Positions 44,808 through 54,233 of a stretch of DNA of 64,000 bases are shown here, one piece after another (within the stretch, counting starts at the first letter, position 1; every line of letters begins with the position of its first letter). The notes beneath the pieces are model-generated. The model saw only the letters and a program-made list of their open reading frames with translations, searched no databases and had not been told where the DNA came from. The stretch is from a virus, in IMG/VR virus record IMGVR_UViG_3300031111_000011, positions 1 to 64,000 of that record. The stretch is one strand, 5' to 3'. A program made the translations under genes and the position numbers.

Positions 44808-45668
44808 TTATCCCCCAAAGAGGCTTGCGCCATAAGCTGAACCAGCGCCACCGGCCAGGGCACCGAGCCCTGTTCCTGCGACCTTTCCAAGGAGACTTCC
44901 AATGCCTCCTCCACCAGATGTGCTCTGTGTGGAACTCATGACACGAGATGCCAGAGTGCCGTAAGACCCGGCTGCTCCCTGCATACCGGCCATGGCACGA
45001 TTGGCTGGATCTGCGGTGGCGAGTTGCTGAGTTCCGTTACCTTGGGTGGATTGGATTCCAGGCAGTCCTTGGGCTGACCGGTTGGCGTTCATAGCAAGTC
45101 CCAGACGGCTGAAGCTTTCAGTTTCAGCGGCCTTACCTGCTGCATACCGAGCACCACCGATGGCTTTGGCTCTTTCCAGACCAGAGGTCTTGAGCATAGA
45201 TGCCATCTTGCTACCATCGACGTTGATGCCCATTCTGGCCGCATCCCGACGTGCTTGCGCTTCAGAGGCACCCAGTGCCTGGGCTACATCCGCTTGAGCC
45301 TCGTTCTGCCAATCAGCTTTATTCACACCCCTGAGTGCCTCATCATAGAACTTAGACGAGATCTCCTTCCCACGGGAAAGTTCTGCCGCTTGGTTTTCAC
45401 GCATCAGGTCTTTGATTGGCTGATTCAGTTCCAGGTCACGGACCTGTTCCTGCATCGTCAGTTTCGACGCTTCAGTAATGTACGGTAGGAGTTCTTTGTT
45501 TGCTTCAGCAGCCTGGATTTCGTAATCCTGGAAATACTGCTTATACATTTCCCATTGATCTTCGGCCATGTCTTGCTGACGTTCAGCGACAGCGGCCATC
45601 TTCCGGGAAGAAACAGCATCGTAGGTATTCGTTGTGGTTTGGCTACTACCTTTTCCACCACCACCCAT
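44808..45668 (-). CDS. internal virion protein (286 aa), Gly/Ala-rich
   Basis: ORF track; position. Confidence 0.6.
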   Translation of the reverse strand: MGGGGKGSSQTTTNTYDAVSSRKMAAVAERQQDMAEDQWEMYKQYFQDYEIQAAEANKELLPYITEASKLTMQEQVRDLELNQPIKDLMRENQAAELSRGKEISSKFYDEALRGVNKADWQNEAQADVAQALGASEAQARRDAARMGINVDGSKMASMLKTSGLERAKAIGGARYAAGKAAETESFSRLGLAMNANRSAQGLPGIQSTQGNGTQQLATADPANRAMAGMQGAAGSYGTLASRVMSSTQSTSGGGGIGSLLGKVAGTGLGALAGGAGSAYGASLFGG

Positions 45669-45672
45669 TGAT

Positions 45673-46203
45673 CTACTCCTTATAGAAATCCCTGGTGACG
45701 TAACTTACGACCCCAGGAACAGATGTTGTTTGGTCATCGATCCAACAGGCATTCGGAACCTCTCCAACCTTCTTCATCCCAGTCAGGAAGATCCACTTGG
45801 CTGCTTTGATCGTGGTAGGTGTAAGGCCGGTGATCACATCGAACAGGAAGTATCCATCCCTATCCTTTAGGTGGATCAGTTCCTTGACAACCCACTTACC
45901 TACTTCCACACTCTTCTCTCCCCACACCTCTTTGAATAGACAGAAGTGAATCTGTGCGCTTCGTTCTCGCATATTGTTCAGCCAAACAATTCCTACTGGA
46001 ATACCGGCATCGGTAATGACCCAGAGTGCGTTGTCCGGATTCTTGAACATGGCGAGGAAGGTTGGGAAGGTAATCTTGCTCTCATAGAAAACGGTGTCCA
46101 GTGTTCCGTCTTCTTCCATCTTCTGAAAGATGCGGAGAAGCTGACTGTCTTTCAGTGTGGGGATTCCATCGTTTACGATGTACGGATAAAGAGAGAGTTC
46201 CAA
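45673..46203 (-). CDS. virion-associated protein (176 aa)
   Basis: ORF track. Confidence 0.5.
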   Translation of the reverse strand: MELSLYPYIVNDGIPTLKDSQLLRIFQKMEEDGTLDTVFYESKITFPTFLAMFKNPDNALWVITDAGIPVGIVWLNNMRERSAQIHFCLFKEVWGEKSVEVGKWVVKELIHLKDRDGYFLFDVITGLTPTTIKAAKWIFLTGMKKVGEVPNACWIDDQTTSVPGVVSYVTRDFYKE

Positions 46204-46204
46204 T

Positions 46205-46447
46205 TTACTCCTTCGGAAAGCGTTCCTTCACAGCTTGACACTGCGAGATATATGTTTCAATCTGAATGGCATCGTTCTTTACGATGCCGTCCAGGTAGTC
46301 AGCCATTGGTGGGTAAGCGAGTTGTCGGAGAAGAACATAATTTTCGACTTTCCACGCTGCCACATTGTTGACGTAGTTTGAAAGATAACTGTCAAGGAGA
46401 GTTGTAGTACTCTCCTTTGCATATTTAGCAATCAGTTGTCCGTCCAT
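46205..46447 (-). CDS. hypothetical protein (80 aa)
   Basis: ORF track; tight spacing. Confidence 0.45.
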   Translation of the reverse strand: MDGQLIAKYAKESTTTLLDSYLSNYVNNVAAWKVENYVLLRQLAYPPMADYLDGIVKNDAIQIETYISQCQAVKERFPKE

Positions 46448-46448
46448 A

Positions 46449-48341
46449 TTATTTCCCCATTATAATCCAGGCCACTTGCCCGTCTGTAGAAAGAGACGGG
46501 GAAGTACCAAGTACAACAGTTCCAGAAACACTCGGCAAAATAACTCGGTAATAATATGTCGGGGATGCAGGAGGAGATAGAAAGGAAGTTGTCGTTCCGT
46601 TACTCCAAGTAGAGCACCACGAACTGATTGTGATGTAAACCCTCATATGGGTAATAGCCGACGCTTGAGTTCCTGTATCAAAAGAAACCAAAAGCTGGTC
46701 CGGACCAAAAACCCCCGGCCCGTTAGTACCAGTGTTTGTGCCACTACCACAAGTGGTCCACGATGACCCATTGTTCAGAGAGTACTGAACATATGCCGAG
46801 TACGTGCAGTTGCGGGTTCTGTAGTAAAGCCATGTCGGGTGTGACCCATCAGGAGCCTCATATCGCCCGTAGACCATAAATACGAGATTCGTACCATAAA
46901 ATCTTCGGACATCAGAAATATGCACTGGATCATCGGCAGCAGCGCCGGAACTACTTGGCCCGTAGTACGTGCCAGATTGGGCAGAAGACCCCTCAACGAA
47001 TCTGTCTGTATCAGCGCTGTTCGGATAAACAGTTGATCCAAGTTCGAGAGTTGCTACTACGTCGAACTCCCACTTAGCGGGTGAACCGGCGCTGTAGCCA
47101 CTTTGTCTCTGAACATTCATCGGCTGGAGATTGAAAGTCTGGTCGTACCCGCTATACGTTTGATCGTAGACTGGCACGATCTTCGGCATGAGCATAATCT
47201 TCGGTTGCTCAATGAACAGGGTATCAGGTTGAACCGTATCCCCGTTGTCTGCTTCCCCATATTCAATACCAGTGACCATACCTTGCGTAGCATGGAGCCC
47301 AGTAGTGGTATCATAGTACTTCTGAGAAATTTGGCCCTCATCGATCAGGACATAGTTCTGACCCGAAATTCCTCCATTTGGGGCAACAATAATCCGTCCC
47401 TCAGTATCCCCATTATCGCTCGTTTCGATAATGACATTGCTGTCACCGAAGGTGGCTTTCCCTCCTTCAGAGAGGTTGATCTCGGCAGAGGCATTGAACT
47501 CATCACCAGTGAATGTTCCAGCCTTGACGTGTCGAGCCAGGATCGTGTCATCGACAATGAGATTCCCGTCAATGGCTACTGTAGGAGTCCCGTCAACATC
47601 ACCGGTCATGAGGATTCCAGCACGTTCCCAATACGCTGTGTCTGTGCCGGGAAGTTTAGGGTCAGCAGATCCATTGGCCTGGATACACCGGTACCGGCGA
47701 ACAGAGGTTCCGGTGGTCACCTTCACCAGATCCGACACGGAGTACTCATTCCCGCTGTTGTACTCACTTGGATCTGTCCCCTTCAGGATGTCCACAACAC
47801 CATCGATGGTTTCACCAATGGATTCGTCCCCCGGAATCACATACCCACCTTGAGAGGGTCTTGGGGTCCAGGGGCTGTACACACCGGAGTAAGCAATGGC
47901 CCGAATCCAGTAGTAGTGGTCGTTCGTGTAGTCACCAAAGGAGTGTTCGTAGGTGTTGGCTGGACCTGTGACAATCGCCACACGGGTGGCTGAAGTCACA
48001 CTGTCGGTAGTGTTCACCCATACTTCGATATGGCTAAAGTGGACGTCTGTTGGGTTAGTCCACGAGAGGTGGTTCTTCCACACACCCTTAGTTATGGAGA
48101 GATTGGTAGGAGAATTGATCGGAGAGGAGTCAGCAATGAGTGTGTCGTCCTGATCCTTAGTGAGTCCGAGTGAGGTGTAAGCTGAGGCTGCTTCGAGGTT
48201 ATCGTAGGTGACGAAGCGGTCCCCGCTTTCCCCACGGGTGCCTTCACGAGTCTCCACCACCTCCTTGAGTGCAAGGAGAAAGTTCTGGAGTTCGGGTGAG
48301 GCATCCGCAGGGACATCAGGAATTGGAGGGAGGTTAGACAT
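46449..48341 (-). CDS. tail fibre / receptor-binding protein candidate (630 aa)
   Basis: Ser/Thr/Gly/Asn-rich beta-type sequence after a conserved-looking N-terminus; start moved to ATG 48341 (GGAGC RBS). Confidence 0.55.
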   Translation of the reverse strand: MSNLPPIPDVPADASPELQNFLLALKEVVETREGTRGESGDRFVTYDNLEAASAYTSLGLTKDQDDTLIADSSPINSPTNLSITKGVWKNHLSWTNPTDVHFSHIEVWVNTTDSVTSATRVAIVTGPANTYEHSFGDYTNDHYYWIRAIAYSGVYSPWTPRPSQGGYVIPGDESIGETIDGVVDILKGTDPSEYNSGNEYSVSDLVKVTTGTSVRRYRCIQANGSADPKLPGTDTAYWERAGILMTGDVDGTPTVAIDGNLIVDDTILARHVKAGTFTGDEFNASAEINLSEGGKATFGDSNVIIETSDNGDTEGRIIVAPNGGISGQNYVLIDEGQISQKYYDTTTGLHATQGMVTGIEYGEADNGDTVQPDTLFIEQPKIMLMPKIVPVYDQTYSGYDQTFNLQPMNVQRQSGYSAGSPAKWEFDVVATLELGSTVYPNSADTDRFVEGSSAQSGTYYGPSSSGAAADDPVHISDVRRFYGTNLVFMVYGRYEAPDGSHPTWLYYRTRNCTYSAYVQYSLNNGSSWTTCGSGTNTGTNGPGVFGPDQLLVSFDTGTQASAITHMRVYITISSWCSTWSNGTTTSFLSPPASPTYYYRVILPSVSGTVVLGTSPSLSTDGQVAWIIMGK

Positions 48342-50025
48342 GTGATAGCTCCACTGGAGACGCCGCAATGAGAAGACGATCTACCTGGGGCTTTCCTTCG
48401 AGTTGGAATTCCCAGTCATTGGGTCGGGAACCAGCGGGTAGCCGAAACATTTTCTCATCGCTAATTGTAGCTGTGTGAACAAGAGATCCGTTCAGGTAGA
48501 CCTTCAGGGTCAGATTCCCGTTTGTGAAATCCCCGTGGACACGACCACAACTGTAAAGGTTGCGGTCTTCAAAGACCTTTGATTTCCAAGTGAAGTCCTT
48601 GTACCCAGTGCCACCTTCCCACTTACGGATCGAGTAGGTGGTCCCACTCTTATCCACCACATAGAGGTCGTTCTGGTCTGGGTGGATGAATCCGCAGTAG
48701 ATAGGATCACCTCCTGTGACGTCGATCAGGGAGGGTGTGTCTGCCATGTCAATGACGATCCCGGTGTTGGTCCCTTGGAAAAACCCGTAGTAGGAGTCGT
48801 CGTAGAAGAACCCAATCAGTGTCTCAGGACTGAGGGCTCTCCACTGTTTTGCAGTGAAAATCGCTTCAGTAGCGTTAACAGCTTGACCAGCGCTTGTGAC
48901 TTGGTACAGACCTTCAGGGGATGGATAGAAGACTCCATACGGTGATGAAACGAGCCCTCGTTTGCTGAGGCACTTCTGTTTCACCTCGATCCGCTTCTTC
49001 GTCATGGTGCTTGGGTCAGAACCCTGGATGATATACGGGTAAGCATCCGTAGCGACCACCAGAGTTGAGCCATGTACGCCCAGAGCGACGATCTCGTAGT
49101 CAACCGTATGTCGGTATGCTTCAGGCCATGCGTATGGAATATGGGGCTCTGAGACGCAGACTTCTTGCCCAGAAAATCCCGCCAGGATTCCGTTCTGAAA
49201 CTGGATCAAACCGGCCATGTCGCTCGGTGGCACAACCCAAGACTCTGTTGGACACACTTCTCCGAGATCCGAGGTCAGGGCTGTGGGAGAGGAATCATCG
49301 TCGGCATCATAGACGTAGATTTCGTCAGATGTGACAAGAGTAGCCGGGATATCCCAAACGGGAGTTCCGGAGAGGTTTACAGGACGTGCCTTTACCAGTT
49401 GGTAGGCAGCAGTCCCAGAAGTGCCAGTAAGAAGGCGATACAGGCGAAAATGAGTGATATCGTTTCCATTGGACACCAGAGTTGGTTTCACAAAACCCTT
49501 GAGCCGGATGTGTTGATCTTCCTCCAGAGTACTCACACCAGTTACGGGACTTGGGGCAGACTCCTCACCCCAGGCTGTCACATAAGTATAGATGTAGGAG
49601 TAGGTCACACCCAGTTCCCCGCTACCGGTGCCTTGAGGCTCTACGGTGAGAGCAGCGTCCGGAGGGACAACTCCGAGTCGGCGGGTTTCAGTTGGGTAGG
49701 TGGAAGCTGCCCCGGACGTTGCCAGGGTCAGGTTGGTCTGTTTCGGGTACCCGTCCCCTGTGAAATACGACCGATAATCAGAGTCTTGGACCTGGGCTTT
49801 TACCACATCCACATCTGAGTCCCAGGCAAGCCATGCGGTGTTCAGTTTGTGAACGGTTCGGATGTCTCCCGCCTGGGCAACCGTTTGGATCAGACTCAGA
49901 TCTTTGATTGGCTTGAGATTCCCCGACTGGAGGTCACAGTTAGTGGCGACCTGGGCGAGGTTGCTTTCGAGCAGTTTGGCTGAGATCCGTGGGATTCGTT
50001 TCCCAAAGACGGTAACATCGATCAT
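48334..50025 (-). CDS. tail structural protein (563 aa; tubular/nozzle candidate)
   Basis: Size and position between adaptor-like genes and the fibre. Confidence 0.55.
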   Translation of the reverse strand: MIDVTVFGKRIPRISAKLLESNLAQVATNCDLQSGNLKPIKDLSLIQTVAQAGDIRTVHKLNTAWLAWDSDVDVVKAQVQDSDYRSYFTGDGYPKQTNLTLATSGAASTYPTETRRLGVVPPDAALTVEPQGTGSGELGVTYSYIYTYVTAWGEESAPSPVTGVSTLEEDQHIRLKGFVKPTLVSNGNDITHFRLYRLLTGTSGTAAYQLVKARPVNLSGTPVWDIPATLVTSDEIYVYDADDDSSPTALTSDLGEVCPTESWVVPPSDMAGLIQFQNGILAGFSGQEVCVSEPHIPYAWPEAYRHTVDYEIVALGVHGSTLVVATDAYPYIIQGSDPSTMTKKRIEVKQKCLSKRGLVSSPYGVFYPSPEGLYQVTSAGQAVNATEAIFTAKQWRALSPETLIGFFYDDSYYGFFQGTNTGIVIDMADTPSLIDVTGGDPIYCGFIHPDQNDLYVVDKSGTTYSIRKWEGGTGYKDFTWKSKVFEDRNLYSCGRVHGDFTNGNLTLKVYLNGSLVHTATISDEKMFRLPAGSRPNDWEFQLEGKPQVDRLLIAASPVELSHV

Positions 50026-50673
50026 TTATCCGAAGCTCCGAGGGTAGACCATCGAAGACTGGTTGGTGGCGTTTTTGCCCACCTTGTTTCGGGCAGACAC
50101 CACACCCCTACGAAACTCTCGCTGATTCTCAGGAACCAGTTCGAAATTCGTCCAGGTCTTTCCTGGCATCTTGAACAGCCTCTCTCTGGCTCCAGCCAGG
50201 ATTGGGTCGAGCCAATCATCAAAAAGGATGTCCTCGAATGTGGTTGCCGAGCCAAGAGGGGCTACCGCGACGTCAAGATAGATGTCACAAGCAGCAGTGA
50301 TGGGGTACACCAGGGCAGTCTGATAGTCTGGAAAGTAATAGAATTTCTTGGTGGATTCACTGGCAACGTGATCAGCGTGATTAACAACCTCTCGCTTTTC
50401 AAGTTCCCAGGCGACACTGTTGACGAGGAACCCGCTGATCCCAACCGGCTTCCGGGTGGATGCAACGAGTTCCCCAAGGTCAATTTCGATGCTGTTGTTC
50501 AGAGAGGTGTCGATGTCCGATTGGACAACAGATTGGACCATCCCTTTGCTGAGAATCCAAGTCTTGGTACAGAACTTCGTAATGGAATCCCTGATCGCAT
50601 TCTCCACCATGGGAGTTGGGCAACCGAGAACATCGGGAAGAACCCGTTTTACAAATTCACTGATGGAAATCAC
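50026..50673 (-). CDS. virion structural protein (215 aa)
   Basis: ORF track; position. Confidence 0.5.
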   Translation of the reverse strand: MISISEFVKRVLPDVLGCPTPMVENAIRDSITKFCTKTWILSKGMVQSVVQSDIDTSLNNSIEIDLGELVASTRKPVGISGFLVNSVAWELEKREVVNHADHVASESTKKFYYFPDYQTALVYPITAACDIYLDVAVAPLGSATTFEDILFDDWLDPILAGARERLFKMPGKTWTNFELVPENQREFRRGVVSARNKVGKNATNQSSMVYPRSFG

Positions 50674-50681
50674 GATGACCT

Positions 50682-51401
50682 CTACTTAAGGGATGGGGAA
50701 GGGTTGACTCTGAGATTGGGATCTACTTCTTGTTCTTTAAGATCCTGTCTCCCAAGTGTGTCGAGGAAGGTGTTGTAGTAAGCTGCTGCACGACCAGCAC
50801 TGTCCGCAGCATCTCCGTCTTTCGAGTAGGCTCGATAGAGGATGTAATCGATCAGAGCAGATTCATAATGATCAGGCAGATCAATATAAGTGCTTGCTCC
50901 ATAAGATGCACAGGCAGTTGGCAGAGCAGAGTATACAATCTCGACATAACCTTGTCCGGAAGTGGGTTGTGGTGGGTAAACAGAAAAGATCTGCGGAAGT
51001 TTCTCATTATACATGTAATGAGAGACAACCGCTGATGCGTCAGCCGATGCCCAATCCGGGTCCATGGCATCCAGTAGATCTTGATCGATGATACGGATTG
51101 ACTTACCAGGAGTGGTGCCACCGACACCCAGATTCCTTGTCAGGGCAAGCAGATAAAGACCCGCACGAAGGGTAGCACCACTATGATCCTGGTAAGTAGA
51201 GGAGCCATCAGGAAGGGACTGACTTGTTCCAGCCGCAAGCTGGACATCAGTCTTAACAACGTTGGCATCGGGCTTGAGGATGACAATCACCCCCTGGCCG
51301 ATGTTCAGCCATCCGAGAAGCTCATCCGTAGACCATCGAACATTGCTCGTGTCCTGGAGAAGGATCGACACCTTGTCAATGATGGTCTTGGTGGAAATCA
51401 A
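50682..51401 (-). CDS. virion structural protein (239 aa; tail tubular A / adaptor candidate)
   Basis: ORF track; position. Confidence 0.5.
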   Translation of the reverse strand: MISTKTIIDKVSILLQDTSNVRWSTDELLGWLNIGQGVIVILKPDANVVKTDVQLAAGTSQSLPDGSSTYQDHSGATLRAGLYLLALTRNLGVGGTTPGKSIRIIDQDLLDAMDPDWASADASAVVSHYMYNEKLPQIFSVYPPQPTSGQGYVEIVYSALPTACASYGASTYIDLPDHYESALIDYILYRAYSKDGDAADSAGRAAAYYNTFLDTLGRQDLKEQEVDPNLRVNPSPSLK

Positions 51402-51848
51402 TTACAGGGTTCCTTTATCAATCACCTGATAGGAGAGTTGCGGGACTCTGATACTCTGCCACTTGATCTTGCCGTCAGAAGTTGTGGTCATAACACTCTT
51501 GTAAGAAACAGCATCTTTGACCACACTCATGAACTCAGCCGGGATACGGCAGACAACCTCACGAGGCAGATAGAGACTCCGACCATTTAGGCCGAGGAAA
51601 ACATACTTGGGCTGTCCCTCTTGGTTGTTGAAGATGATATCCACGTACTCCCGCACAGGTTTTGGTTTCTCATCGAGTTCAACAGCTTCACCAAGGTTAC
51701 CCGCTTTCGCATCCGCTTCGATCAGCATGGGGATAACAGTTTTTCGGTCCAGGTTGTCCGGATCGACCGGCACATCCCGCTCTGCACAAGCAGCGAGAAG
51801 GTCTTCCTTCTTCATTCTCCAATAATCGGATTTGGTTGGTTCGGTCAT
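51402..51848 (-). CDS. head-associated protein (148 aa)
   Basis: Directly after the capsid-gene terminator. Confidence 0.5.
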   Translation of the reverse strand: MTEPTKSDYWRMKKEDLLAACAERDVPVDPDNLDRKTVIPMLIEADAKAGNLGEAVELDEKPKPVREYVDIIFNNQEGQPKYVFLGLNGRSLYLPREVVCRIPAEFMSVVKDAVSYKSVMTTTSDGKIKWQSIRVPQLSYQVIDKGTL

Positions 51849-51874
51849 TTGCTCCTCTTGTCAGTTAAATATTA

Positions 51875-51900
51875 CAAAAGGGGAGGCCGAAGCCTCCCCC
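51875..51900 (-). terminator. Rho-independent terminator immediately after the major capsid gene
   Basis: - strand: GGGGGAGGC-ttcg-GCCTCCCC followed by TTTTG. Confidence 0.65.
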
Positions 51901-51909
51901 CAGGTTGTG

Positions 51910-52971
51910 TTACGCGAGGTCGGAAACAGCCACCTCAGCCCGTGCCATAAAGTGCTGGTTCAGGATGACGGTTGCGCTGTAAGCCTTCCATCCGGCGTGG
52001 CCTCTCTGACCCAGAGGGTCGCTGTCGGAAGGAGTGTTAGGGTTGATCACCATAGGAGTGATCGCACTCTTTCCTTTGAGAGGAACGATGCCGAAAGCGT
52101 CACGAGCGAAGAAAAAGATAGGATAGACGTAAGCCTTGTCCCCTGTTCCTTCGAGCACGTCTGTTCCTCCGGTTGCACCGACTGCGCCGAAGCTCTTCAC
52201 CACGGTGCTAACGATGTACCGCACACTTTCGACCTTGCCGATTTCGCCTTCCCAAGCTGTCATGGTTCCGTACTTTTCAGCCGGAACGAACCCTGCGAGG
52301 CCACGGATGTCCGCTTCACAGTCAGGGTGGCAAACAGCGACGAATGCCGGACTGATAGCTTCAGTTCCGTAGTTCGCAGTGGAACGAACAACATTGGTGA
52401 TAGGTTTGGCGAGGTTCCGCTTGAGTTGACGAGTGATCTGACGCTGGAGGTTCAGGGTCAGGCCGCTGTTCACCTCATCCCGTGCATCCCCGTTGGCGTA
52501 GAACACGTTGGTTCCACCCACCAGGGCGTTGTACCGGGTCATCTCGATCAGATAAGCGGCTTGTTCTCCGAGGATCTCAACAGCTTCCTGGAGAACAGGA
52601 TCTTCGTGTGTATCCTCGACCACGTCAGAGATCTCGGTACGGTCACCGTACTGAGTGAGAGTAGCGGTGATGTCTTCACTTTCAAGATCCGTTGCATCAG
52701 GCGTGATACCTTCGCTCAGGGTCTTGGCAGTGAGGTTGAAGATCTCGTCAGTCCCGTCTTGACCGTAGTATTCATACGGATTGAAGCTCGAACCCGTGAA
52801 TGGGTTGGAGTTCAGGAAGTACCGTCTGAACTTGATGGTCTTGGAACTGCGTTTCGGCAGAGGCCGAGCTTGTCCGAATTTCTCGAAAACGAGGTAAGGG
52901 GTACCTCGTTTCAGCAGGTCACGAACAACGTAAGCAGCGGTACGGGGAGAAAGAGAACCATAGGTATTCAT
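51910..52971 (-). CDS. major capsid protein candidate (353 aa)
   Basis: Follows an acidic scaffold gene; T7 gp10-like size; terminator directly downstream. Confidence 0.6.
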   Translation of the reverse strand: MNTYGSLSPRTAAYVVRDLLKRGTPYLVFEKFGQARPLPKRSSKTIKFRRYFLNSNPFTGSSFNPYEYYGQDGTDEIFNLTAKTLSEGITPDATDLESEDITATLTQYGDRTEISDVVEDTHEDPVLQEAVEILGEQAAYLIEMTRYNALVGGTNVFYANGDARDEVNSGLTLNLQRQITRQLKRNLAKPITNVVRSTANYGTEAISPAFVAVCHPDCEADIRGLAGFVPAEKYGTMTAWEGEIGKVESVRYIVSTVVKSFGAVGATGGTDVLEGTGDKAYVYPIFFFARDAFGIVPLKGKSAITPMVINPNTPSDSDPLGQRGHAGWKAYSATVILNQHFMARAEVAVSDLA

Positions 52972-52996
52972 TTGTTACTTGTGCCTTTCTATCAGC

Positions 52997-53932
52997 CTAC
53001 TTGACAGCTTCTTCCCAAGCAGCGTCAAAGTCTTCTTTGGCTGGACCGTCCTTTGGGGGTCCACCAGATGACCCTGGCACTGCCAACAGGTCTTGGGCTC
53101 TCCTGCTGGCCGATGGAGTTGGTTTTGGTTTTGGTTTGGATTGAGGAGACGGGGTGTTGACTCTCTTGTAAGAGTCGAACATCTCGATAACCTCTGAAGC
53201 GGACCCTGATTGGGCAACTCTCTGGAGCCCTTCCCGGAGGAAGGCAGGTTGGGCGTTGATCCAAGCTTCGAGTTTTCCTGACTCTACAATTTCGGAGAAG
53301 TCAGGGTGTTTCTCGGCAATGGCATCAAAGTGTGCCTTTGTGTCGTCTGCCTGTGATCTCTGCTCAATAGACTCGATCTTCGGGGTGATCTTCTGGAGAC
53401 GTTCATCGACCAGTGCTTCCGCTTCCTTACGTGCCAGAGCACGGAACGGACTTTCCAGGTCAGGATATTCCTTGAAGAATGCTTCAAGGTCTTCCTCACT
53501 GGCTCCATCAGGGAGGGTTGGTGTTTCACCCTTAGCCTTCAGTGCTTCAGCGAGTTTCGCTTCCGCTTCTTCAGCCCGTTTGTTGGCTGCGCGGATGCGT
53601 CCTTCCCAAGAACTGGTGCGTTGTTTCTCCTTCTCATACAGATCCTTGTAGTCTGTCTCATCAGATGACTCTGGGTTCTCCTCCTCCCCGTCACTTGCCT
53701 GACCGTCGTCAGGGGTGCGGTTGAAAAGTTCAGTGTCTTCCTCTTGAGGGACTTCAGTGTCCGTACTTTCCTGCTCAGACGTTTCCTTCTCAGAGGGATT
53801 GGCCGGTTCCTCTTCAAATTCTACGTCATCAGCAGGAGTCTCCTCCTTGATCGCTTCATCGAAAAAATCTTCAAATGTGGGGTCTTTCTTTTTTTCGTCC
53901 TTCTCCAAAGTGTGCTCCTCTACGGGGTCCAA
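52997..53932 (-). CDS. scaffolding protein (acidic, coiled-coil, 311 aa)
   Basis: Glu/Asp-rich N-terminus; lies between portal and capsid. Confidence 0.6.
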   Translation of the reverse strand: MDPVEEHTLEKDEKKKDPTFEDFFDEAIKEETPADDVEFEEEPANPSEKETSEQESTDTEVPQEEDTELFNRTPDDGQASDGEEENPESSDETDYKDLYEKEKQRTSSWEGRIRAANKRAEEAEAKLAEALKAKGETPTLPDGASEEDLEAFFKEYPDLESPFRALARKEAEALVDERLQKITPKIESIEQRSQADDTKAHFDAIAEKHPDFSEIVESGKLEAWINAQPAFLREGLQRVAQSGSASEVIEMFDSYKRVNTPSPQSKPKPKPTPSASRRAQDLLAVPGSSGGPPKDGPAKEDFDAAWEEAVK

Positions 53933-54233
53933 TACGGATATCCCTGGTTATTGGGTGATAGGTGTCCAGGCAGGAAACCTGGGCCGGGGTGGTTACAGAC
54001 CGAGTGGGTTGTCGATAGTCGGGGCAGATTTGTAGGCGGGATTCGAAGACCTTCGGATACTCTGAATGAGTTGCTTATGTTCTCTGATTGCGCCTTGATT
54101 TTTCATAACGTCTTCAGTAGACGCCGAATCGTTTGCCCTGCGAAGTTTTTCAATGCGGAAGTCAAGAAGCTTCATGAAGACCTGAAAACTTTCGGTCCCA
54201 CTATGCCTACTGACTTCCCGCATCAGTTGTCTC

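Noticed and set aside
47103-53004. + strand ORFs 47103..47993, 49165..49818 and 51832..53004 in the morphogenesis arm
   Set aside because: Antisense to the tail fibre, tail protein and major capsid genes. No RBS, and odd composition.
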